A stretch of DNA of 64,000 nucleotides, taken from positions 102,672,001 to 102,736,000 of the forward strand of contig NC_043002.1 in NCBI RefSeq assembly GCF_006345805.1. The letters are read 5' to 3'. Both the position numbers and the translations under genes were made by a program. Under the pieces are notes generated by a model that was given only the letters and a program-made list of their open reading frames with translations, ran no database searches and was not told the DNA's origin. Origin of the DNA: Octopus sinensis. Lineage: Eukaryota. Positions 39,564-50,236 of this stretch are shown here, in pieces (position 1 is the stretch's first letter; the number at the start of each line of letters is the position of its first letter).

Positions 39564-39679
39564 ATATTAAAAATATATATAAATTATATATATATATATA
39601 TATATGTATAATATATAAATATATATTATATATGTATGCATATATATATATATAAATATATATATATAAATCTATATAC

Positions 39680-39717
<38 letters not shown>

Positions 39718-39920
39718 TACATATATATATATACACCATACATACATATATATTTATATACATATACATACACACCCACGCACACACAAACACACACACA
39801 CACCATACACACCCACACACACACACATGTATATATATATATTTACATTCTCACATACATATGTATAGGAAAACACAAATAATAGGCTTTACTTATTTTC
39901 CTTTATGCTGTTCGACTTAC

Positions 39921-39970
39921 AGCTGTTTGTGTAGCGCTTGTAGGAGCAATTGGAATGATCAAAAACGGAA
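39921..39970 (-). CDS. Candidate 50-nt internal exon, unverified
   Basis: Consensus acceptor TAATTTTCAG and donor GCT|GTAAGT. Open frames PFLIIPIAPTSATQTA or SVFDHSNCSYKRYTNS. Confidence 0.3.
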
Positions 39971-40249
39971 CTGAAAATTATTTGACAATGATCCCTAGAT
40001 TACCATCCATGCAGGCAGTGCAAAAAGACTGTATTAACTGACAGTGGCGTCACATGTATTGAGAAAAGCATTGTCACTGTGAATTATTCCTTTTTTTTTT
40101 GCTATCACATGACTTTTTAAATGGACAATCTGGTGTGGTTAGTTTAATGACCTATATATATTTATATATATACGATGCGTTTCTCTACCGTAGGTATCAG
40201 GAAGGCACTTGGCAAGAAAATGAAAATAAAATTAAAGATTATAATGAAA

Positions 40250-40299
40250 GTGATAATAATAATAACAATAATAATAACAATAATAATAATAATAATAAC

Positions 40300-40352
<53 letters not shown>

Positions 40353-40407
40353 TAATAATGTTTATAAAAATAGTAATAATAACAATAATAATAATTTAAC
40401 CATAACG

Positions 40408-40465
<58 letters not shown>

Positions 40466-40536
40466 TAATGATAATAATAATAATAATAACCTTAACGATA
40501 AAATTAATAATAATAATAACAATAATAACCTTAACG

Positions 40537-40579
<43 letters not shown>

Positions 40580-40600
40580 TAATAATAATAATGATTAACA
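40250..40600. repeat. (AAT)n/(AAC) microsatellite with recurring AACCTTAACGAT spacer
   Basis: Direct inspection. Confidence 0.95.
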
Positions 40601-41197
40601 GAACTCATAACAAAATGAAACAAAAGAACGGCGGAGGGATAATCATAATTATTATAAAATAGTTGATTTAAATGTTACACACGCACAACTATGCAACACG
40701 CCTCCAATATACAAAATGAACGAAGGCCTCGAGATGTCTCATAGTTGTCCAAGACTCGACAGATGAACACAACCTACGCGGCACAAACAACAAATAATAT
40801 AAAAACTAATATAACAAGAAGAAATTAAACATACTGATACAATATCCCCACCTCAAAAAATGACGAACACCTCGCCATACACACATACACACCAGCACAA
40901 AGGTGCAACGGATGCCGCAATGGAAAGCTGCTTGAAACCTTTGGATGTCGAAAAATAATCGTGGTGATGACGATTAGTGAGGAACGTTACCATATCTCAG
41001 TGTACAACAGACATATATTGTCAGCCACCGAAAGGCATGCTCAACCGGGTATAGTCAAACAATTGACCAGCAAATCTGTGGTACTGAGCAGAATATTTGC
41101 TGTAGCCCATCTTTTATACCAAGACAAAACAACGTACATGATAACACTTCCAATCAGTTAAGATCAGAAGCCAAAAGAGAGCCTCTGCCTTGTACGG

Positions 41198-41303
41198 CAT
41201 CATCATCATCATCATCATCATCATTATTAATGTTGTCCTTGTTGCTGCTACCAGTGTTGTTGTTGTTATTATTATTATTATTATTACTATTATTATTATT
41301 ACA

Positions 41304-41338
<35 letters not shown>

Positions 41339-41649
41339 TACTATTATAATTATTAATATTATTATTATTACTATTATTACTATTATTATTATTATTGCTA
41401 TTATTATTATTGCCATTATTATTATATTACTATTATTATTACTATTATTATATTATTGCTATTATTATTATTGCCATTATTATTATATTACTATTAAAAT
41501 TATATTATTGCTAATTATTATTGCATTATTATTATTATTACTATTATTATATTATTATTATCATTATTATTATTACTACTTTATATAATTATTAATTTAT
41601 TATTATTACTATTATTACTATTATATTTTTTTATTGCTCTTATATTTGC

Positions 41650-41688
<39 letters not shown>

Positions 41689-41700
41689 TATTATTATTAC
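41198..41700. repeat. (CAT)n/(TTA)n low-complexity block
   Basis: Direct inspection. Confidence 0.95.
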
Positions 41701-42259
41701 CTTTACCATCATAGTTAGATGATAATATAAGTTAAATTGCCTGACGTTATTGTAACAGTTGCATTGTATTGAACTGTGAGTAAGGAATATTCGACGAGAC
41801 GCAGGAAATCTATAAAATGTGTCAGCATCGTAGAAGAATGAAGAGTTTTGTCGGTAAAATTGAATGGTTTCCTTCTTGTCTGTAATTAAAGAAGACCAAG
41901 TCTACATAGACGGCCTGAAGGAATTTCAATAGGAGCAATGATAAAAGAATGATGAGGAATATTAGTATCATAATGAATATACGAACAACAATAAAAACTA
42001 ATAAAGAAAGGCATATATACTAAAAATAAGCTGTATTCAGTTTCATACAATGGAGGTTTCTCTTTTTCAAAGTATGAATAATAATATGCTTCTAAACTTG
42101 TAATTATTTCTTCACGTGGAGATTGGATGAAACACATGGACTCGTTTAACATATAACCCTTAATTATAGTCCACTGCTGAGATGTAGATGTATGTATGGA
42201 CGTATATATCTACGTACGTATGTTAGCATGTATATATGGATATATGCACGTATTTCTGC

Positions 42260-42300
<41 letters not shown>

Positions 42301-42800
42301 TATATATATACATTCACACAAGCACAAACACTCGCATACAGATAGGCACATAAGTATAGAGGAAAAAAATTGTTTTGTATTAACGAATTTTTTCATAATG
42401 GGAACACGTTCCGTATTTACATTACAACTAGTTTCATTCTAATATTGCTCGTCAGATAACGTAGAAGAACATGCGCGCGCATATATATATTATTCTAAAA
42501 CACATACATATGAACTTGTGATAATCACAACTTTTCATCATTTGCTCTCTACGTAAGTTTCATTAGCGAGGTTAACTGCATCGCATGTATATTTACACAG
42601 TTAAGATTTTAGACATGCATATTCCACGAACTTTTCTGTGTACTTCTTCATTTTAAATTCAGCAAACAATATTGAGGAAATTATTATCCAACGTACATTA
42701 ACTGTGTTTATCGGGGTACTCCAAGTGTAAATATATACTACATGCAGATGCATTCATACTTACAGACGTATATATATGCATAATGTATGTCTATACATGC

Positions 42801-42865
<65 letters not shown>

Positions 42866-42978
42866 TATATACATATATATACATATCATATATTACATAT
42901 ATATATACATATAGATGCATATATATACATTATATATATACATATACATTATAATATATATATATGTATATATATATG

Positions 42979-43026
<48 letters not shown>

Positions 43027-43083
43027 GTATATTTTCGGAATGGTCATATTGCCAGTTTAGCCAGTTTAGTATTTAAAGTACTA

Positions 43084-43126
<43 letters not shown>

Positions 43127-43220
43127 TATATATATACACACATATATACACATATATACATACATATATACACATATATATACACAATAATACTATATAC
43201 TATATATATATATATATATA

Positions 43221-44012
43221 CTAGCAGTATTGCCCGGCTCGTGCGTTCTATGCACGCGCGAATTAAGCTAAACTTGGATGAAGTCCAATCAAAATTCAAT
43301 TATTTTGGTTTTAAAATCAAGCATTTAATGCCTTCTATTTTTGCCGTTATGTGTTCCATTTCCTCAATAGGAAGTACGGAGAAGCGTTTCATAAATTTTT
43401 GTTGATCAAATAATTGCATTGTTGAATTATTCTTTTAGATCAGTATTTCTCAACAGGGATTTCAGGGGAGAGTTTCAGGGAGTCGCTGGCGATCTATCAT
43501 GATGATCAAAAATCCGGCCTGCTAAAATTTGGTCAAAGGGATTCAAACTGCAGACTCAACGCTAAATGGTCACATTTAATTCAAAGCGTTAAAAATGTTA
43601 TGAAAACAAGTGGTATGTGTTCACAAAGTCCACACCCTTAGTACGAGAAAACCCTCCAGGCTACATCCCGAAAATTCATTTCTTTGCGGAATTTCTACAA
43701 TGTTTACTGCACTTCGTTTTTATATCTAAATTTTTTGTTTTTCATGCAATTTACGCATGCTTGCACGCGTGGTGAACACAGTTCACCTCAAACAGCTGAC
43801 TGAGTAAAGTTCACTATTCAATGCATTGGATAAGGCCTAAAGAAACACATTATCGATTTTTGCACTTGCGAGATGAATTACGGAATAGTAATAGCGCTGT
43901 TCAATTTTCATTCGCCTAAACTTTAAGTGACCCATTTTTGGTGGTTCTACGATTTGTTGGCTAGGAGGAGATGTGCCGGGAAGTTAAACAAACAGACACA
44001 CACAGACACACG

Positions 44013-44030
<18 letters not shown>
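43221..44030 (-). mobile_element. Helitron-like non-autonomous element
   Basis: 3' CTAG|T end. Its terminal 18 nt (ctagcagtattgcccggc) match the Helitron at 18521. 5' TATATATAAACTCGTGTGTCTGT resembles the other Helitron starts, but the TC is lost in (TA)n. Confidence 0.55.
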
Positions 44031-44052
<22 letters not shown>

Positions 44053-44197
44053 TACAGACAGAGAGAATGAGAGAGGGAGCCATCCTCCAAACACAAACTC
44101 ACACACACATGCATGACAATTATTTATAGCTATAAAAACGGAGATTGTTATCTTATGTTGCATAAACAAACACTGATGATATGTTTCGCGCGTGCAC

Positions 44198-44237
<40 letters not shown>

Positions 44238-44524
44238 GTGTCATGCATGTCTACGTGTGTATATAAGTATATACCTTTATAAGTATTTGAATCAGAACAA
44301 ATATTTAAAATATGTATCTGTAATACAACCAAAGGTCATTTTCTGATTTGAAATTTCAACTCGTCTCTTCTTACGCTTCCACTGAGTCACTTATGACCTG
44401 AATTTCAGCAGCTAGAACAATACCAATGAAACCAGGCTTGGAGTTGCAAATGTATTCTTATAATCTACAGAAAGAAGTGTGTAGATATAGCTAACTATAT
44501 TCTTTTCTTTCTTTTAATTCATTT

Positions 44525-44736
44525 AATTCCTACAGTCATGTGACTGCGGTCATGCTGGAGCACCGCCTTTAGTCGAGCACATGAACCCCCGGACAAATTT
44601 TTTGCAAGCTTGTACTTATTTTATCGGTGTCTTTTGCTGAATCGCAAATTTACGAGGACGTAAACACACCAGCATTGCTTGTCAAGCGATGATTGGGGGA
44701 CAAACACAGGCACACAAACAAACTCTCACCCATACA

Positions 44737-44821
<85 letters not shown>

Positions 44822-44998
44822 ATATATATATATACATATACTCGACAGGCTTCTTTCAGTTTGCGTCTACCAAATCCACTCAGAAGGCTTTGGTCGGCCC
44901 GTGGCTATAGCGGAAGACAGTTGCCCAAGGTGCCACGAAGATGGACTGAACCGAGAAACATATGGTTGCTAAGCAAGCTACTTACCACAAGTCACATA
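44525..44998 (-). mobile_element. SINE family A, full length with expanded internal microsatellite
   Basis: Colinear with 12908-13295. Confidence 0.88.
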
Positions 44999-45017
44999 CG
45001 GTAATTATTTCCTTTCA

Positions 45018-46050
45018 TCTTTCTATATATATAAAACTGAGAATGTATGTCTGTCTGTCTGTCTGTCGTTTCCCTAAAACTTGAGAACTACACAACCAAT
45101 TTCATACAAATTTTACACATGCCTTACTTAGGGTCCATGTAATTTCATGGGAAAAATAAAATGTTCAACTTCTTGCCTAGAGCGAGCGCATAGCAATATC
45201 ATATCTTCTCCACTATTTCAGTATTATGTGTTAAAAGTGAAAAAAAAACATTTCTCTATTTTATGTCATATACTTTCACTTTAACAATACAAATAATAAT
45301 AACAATTGAATTATATGTAGTAAGTAATAATTAAAATGAAACTAAAGTATAATATAATCGTAACATAACAAAAGTAAAAATAACAATTGGTATAAAATTG
45401 TATCAATGATTTGAAATTGAATAAGTGGTTTCACATGAATGGGAATAAATTAAAAGTAAAATTAGCGTGCAGAAAATGGAATAGTCCAGATGGATAATAA
45501 AAAATTAAGTTAAAGAAAATACTATTGTCTATAAATTATACAATGTAGAGAAAAAAAATTTTAACACCTCTAGGAAAGCACCTTCGAAAAGTGTCTTGGT
45601 GCGACTATGAAAGATATCTAACCAGAGGCGGTAAATTCGCAACAATAGAAGCAAGGTTCGAGTAAACGCAGCCTGCAAAGGAGTACTCGACTCGAAATTG
45701 CAAAGTGGAAATATTTTATATTTACCTTTATATCTGGGACTTAGGACATCCCGGATAAAAATTTAAAATGCCCCTTCCCCCCCAATAGCAGTAGAGTTAG
45801 GCTGGATTGTAGCCACACTTCTATACAAGAGGGAGGGAGAGACAAGATACAATTGATCGAAATTACAAGAGACGGGCTTACAATTCCACTCTGTTATATA
45901 TTTTGCGTATTGTTATCACTAGCGATATCAAGATATAACATTGTATTTTGTATTTTATGTGTAGATCTACATATATAGATGTACACATATATATACACAT
46001 ATATACATGCACTAGCACTATGACCCGGCAACGACGGGTCATAATCCTAG
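45018..46050 (+). mobile_element. Non-autonomous Helitron
   Basis: A|TCTTTCTATATATATAAAACTG start. 9-bp hairpin TATGACCCG/CGGGTCATA, then 3 nt and CTAG|T. Confidence 0.85.
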
Positions 46051-46526
46051 TTTCTTATAACGATCATATCTTGCGTTATTATATTTTGTTAGAGTATTTT
46101 GTTTGTGATTCATAAAATTTTAGTGAAACTTACACAAGACTGTTTCGGTGCTTTGTGTGTCTCGGGGTAAGCTCATAAATATCTATCTACGTAGTTACAT
46201 TAAACTAACTTGCTCTAAATTAATAATATTCTACTAATTGTGTTTAGCTGCGAGGCAGCAAATTTTAAATATCATTGGAAAACAAATATGCACTCTGCTG
46301 ACTAGAACATATTTGATTCCGTCTCTGAAATATTTAGATAAACTGTAACGAAAATCCGATGCAAAGGATTCTGCCTTGGTTTAAAGGCAACTGAGGAAAC
46401 TAACGGAACTGATTGCTTCTTAGGAATGAAACATCAAATGTTGCGTCCGTACTACAACTCCAAAGACATATTTTGGTCATCTGTGTAGAATACATTCATA
46501 TATATATATGTATATATATATATATA

Positions 46527-46569
<43 letters not shown>

Positions 46570-46652
46570 GTAACAGAGAGAGAGAGAGACAGACAGATAG
46601 ACAGAATTTTAAAATAGTTAAAATATATTTTATTAATTTATTAATAGGCCTA

Positions 46653-46765
46653 GGAGTGGCTGCGTGGTAATTGCTTGCTTACCAACCACATGATTCCGGG
46701 TTCAGTCCCACTGCGTAGTACCTTGGACGAGTGTATTCTACTATAGCCTCGGGCCGACCAAACTG
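46653..46765 (+). mobile_element. SINE family A head (3'-truncated)
   Basis: GGAGTGGCTGCGTGGTAA...GGGTTCAGTCCCACTGCG...CCTCGGGCCGACCAAA. Confidence 0.85.
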
Positions 46766-46769
46766 GATT

Positions 46770-47300
46770 ATGTCATGTCATTTTCGAGTGCTACTGGAAA
46801 CATGTAACCCAGTACAATCTGTTGCATGGTCAGGTCGTCAGCGACTAATCCGGCAACCCCACCAAGCTTGCTTGGTGAGGAGGGTGTTTATTGGACACCC
46901 TGCGGGATGGAAAACAAAACCCCGCTTCGGGCGGAGGAACTCTTGAGAGTCAACGGCAATCCAATAAATGATTTAAGGATGTATAATCGGACTGAATACC
47001 CGATCACGCAGTTAAACCATTGGGAGTGAAGGACTCCTAGATTATGTTAGGGCATCCTTCTAGGAGAAGGTAACTCAGGTAACTGAGATAACTCCGACAT
47101 AAAACCTGCGGCTCAGTGGTTAGCGATGATGTTGACTTGTTCTTCTTTTCGGATTATAGCTACTGTTGCTTAGTGAGTGGGATTGACTCAGTGCACAGCC
47201 TTTCCTCACTTTAAAAAATCGTCTTGCACAGGCATTGCACGATAACAACACTGATTAAGCTTCGTGCATTGCCATACTCGATAACAAAAGGGGCAGCCAC
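46770..47300 (+). mobile_element. GC-richer repeat resembling an RTE-clade 5' region
   Basis: Contains GGGCATCCTTCTAGGAGAAGGTAACTC, similar to a motif recalled from RTE 5' UTRs. Not verified. Confidence 0.35.
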
Positions 47301-47365
47301 CATATATATATATTATATGTATAATAATATATATATGTATGCATAATGCATTTATATATATATGC

Positions 47366-47419
<54 letters not shown>

Positions 47420-47567
47420 ATATATATATTTATATATATATATATATTAATTAGAGATAAAACACTATTAGGCAAATCAACAATGAAAAACATAAGCCAA
47501 TACATAAAATTAATTAATTTATATTATTTTAAATATATATCAAATTATTAAAAGTTTAATAAAAGTA

Positions 47568-47661
<94 letters not shown>

Positions 47662-47686
47662 CATGTATATATATATATATATATAT

Positions 47687-49390
47687 CTGTAGTGACGACC
47701 ATGACTTTGAGACTCAGTCTCAACGTATGGCTCACCACTTCACCCTACGTGGATACCCCCTCACCACTATCCACACCGCCCTTGCCAGAGCACGGTCCGT
47801 GGACCGTGTATATGCTCTCTCTCCCCGAACCCGCCCTGTAGTCTCCCGCCTCCCTTTTCCCCTCACTTACCACCCACCACGACCCTACGTCTCCAACGCA
47901 CCATTCTTCGAGCTTTCCGTCATCTCCAGTCCGACCCGTCACTTCACACCTCTTCCCTAACCGACCCCTCCCCTCTTTCAAACGAGCCCACAACCTCGAG
48001 ACCTTTCGGTCCATAGCTCCTTCCCTGACCCTAACCTCCCAACCCCTCTTTCCCCTGCTCCCGCCCACGTGCCGCACTTGCCCTTACCTCTCCAACACAC
48101 CACCCGCCTCACTAGCACCACCATCGACCCTATCCCATCATCCACTCCTTCACCTGCACCTCCAGCAATATTATCTATTGCATCTCTTGCTCTCTCGCAA
48201 TTCCTTGTACATCGGACAAACGGACGCCGCTTGGCTGACCGGTTCGCGGAACACCTTCGTGACATCCACCTTGCGAACGACACACCGGTCTCACGCCATT
48301 CCTCCGCTCCACCGGTCACTCCTTGCAACACCTATCTGTGTTCGGTTTGTCCTTACACAGAGGCCATCCGATTCCCGTTTGCGCCGTGAACAGGAATTAA
48401 TCTTCTCTCTTCGCTCTTATACGCCATTTGGTCTCAACTCCCCCCCCTCCTCATCTAACCCCCCTCTCCCCCTCCTCACCTATCCTTTCTCCCCCGACCC
48501 CCACTTCTTCAGTCCTTCATCCTTTCACCCCTACTCCCCTTCCCTTCTTCCCTCTTTCTCCCTCCCTCTTCCTCTTCCCTCTGCTCCCTCACTCCCTCTC
48601 TCCCCTTCTCTCTCTCCCCCCCTCTCCCTCTTTCCTCCTTCATCCCTCTCCTCCCCTTCCTTCTCCCATCCTATCCTCTTCACCCCTCCCTCCCCTCTTC
48701 TTCTTCCCCTCCCATCTCCCCCCCTCTTCTCCCCTCCCCCTCTTCTCCTACTACACACATGACTTTACACATCACATCACATATGATTGCCATACTATAC
48801 ACACACCAAATAATACATACTAATACTACTACTACATACACACTCGTCCAACCCCCTCGCATACGCACTTATATCTCTCACACACACAACACACACACCT
48901 ATACATACCAATACGTACTAATACATACTAATACATACTAATACATACACAACCCCATACATACGCACGTCCAGACCATCCCATCGCCACGCACTAATCT
49001 CTCTCATACACACACACACACACACACACACCCTTATACATACTAATACATAGACACCAACCTATACATACACATCCAACCCCTCCCACGCACTTTTAGC
49101 TGGTCCCTCACCCTAATATCTCCCCTTATTTCGCTCTCGCGTCTCATGTTGATCTTGACCTCTGGCCGAAATCAGATCGCCATGTTGATTCGTTAGCTAC
49201 TGCACCATTTTTTTTCTTCTCCTTCTTTCTGTGTTTTTTTTCTCTCTCTGGTATCTTTCTGTTGAAGAGCGTAGGCTCGAAACGTTAAAGACTTGTTTTA
49301 TTTATATTTCCTGAGCGCCATACTAATACAATTGTTCGTTTTTTTCCACCTGCCTTCGTCTTTTGTTTATTTTCATAAAGCTTCCCGTTA
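47687..49390 (+). mobile_element. Penelope-like element 3' fragment (GIY-YIG) with C-rich 3' region and terminal repeat
   Basis: [24 protein letters not shown]...; with frameshifts repaired, TCTSSNIIYCISCSLCNSLYIGQTGRRLADRFAEHLRDI; RLRREQELIFSLRSYTPFGLN. Confidence 0.88.
49254..49291 (+). ncRNA. Minimal hammerhead-like motif (A6U variant) in a Penelope terminal repeat
   Basis: TCTTT-CTGTTGA-A-GAGC-GTAG-GCTC-GAAAC-GT-T-AAAGA. Stem I is 5 bp, stem II is 4 bp, and helix III can form only as an ACGT palindrome dimer. Confidence 0.4.
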
Positions 49391-49487
49391 TATATATATA
49401 TAAATTAATAATAAATATTAGGGAACAAATCCAAACTTACAGGGAAAAATCAGATTTAGAATTGAATCAAATTTTATAGTAAAATAT

Positions 49488-49815
49488 TATATTATATTAA
49501 ATTAGAGACAAAACCACTATTAGGCAAATCAAACAATGAAAAATTTAATCCAATACATAAGATTATTTAATTTATATTATTTAAATATATAACAAAATTA
49601 TTAAAAAATTATAATTAATATCACACTACGATCCTTCCATGCCTGCTAACATCTTCAAATGTTTGAGTCGGAAACGATCGTAGTGTGATATTAATTATAT
49701 TTTTTTAATAATTTTGTTATATATTAAAATAATATAAATTAAATAATCTTATGTATTGGATTAAGTTTTTCATTGTTTGATTGCCTAATAGTGGTTTTGT
49801 CTCTAATTTAATATA

Positions 49816-49820
<5 letters not shown>
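49488..49820. repeat. Long inverted repeat (about 145-bp arms, 42-nt spacer)
   Basis: 49488-49633 is the reverse complement of 49676-49820 with about 4 differences. A third partial arm copy lies at about 47446-47555. Confidence 0.95.
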
Positions 49821-49868
<48 letters not shown>

Positions 49869-49992
49869 ATATATGTATATATATATTTTGCATGTATATA
49901 TATATATATATATTATGTACATATATATATATATATGCATTTATATATATATATATGTATTTATATATATATATGTGTATATATATATATAT

Positions 49993-50037
<45 letters not shown>

Positions 50038-50061
50038 ATGTATATAATATATATATATATA

Positions 50062-50066
50062 TAGAT

Positions 50067-50137
<71 letters not shown>
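50062..50137. repeat. (TATC)n tail of the CR1 element
   Basis: Directly abuts the 3' end of the minus-strand CR1. Confidence 0.9.
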
Positions 50138-50139
<2 letters not shown>

Positions 50140-50236
50140 ACTTAGATATGTTTCGACCAAAGATTGGTCCAGGCCATGTCTAACTTAATAGCACCACCTG
50201 ATAGGATTATTCGAATCCTGTTTAAGTCAAGTTTTG

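Noticed and set aside
48428-48868. P/S/L-rich and G/E/R-rich ORFs
   Set aside because: Translations of the polypyrimidine tract.
50140-50175. GACC...GGTC-GAAAC at the CR1 3' end as a hammerhead
   Set aside because: No CUGANGA box or NUH triplet. Better explained as a LINE 3' stem-loop.
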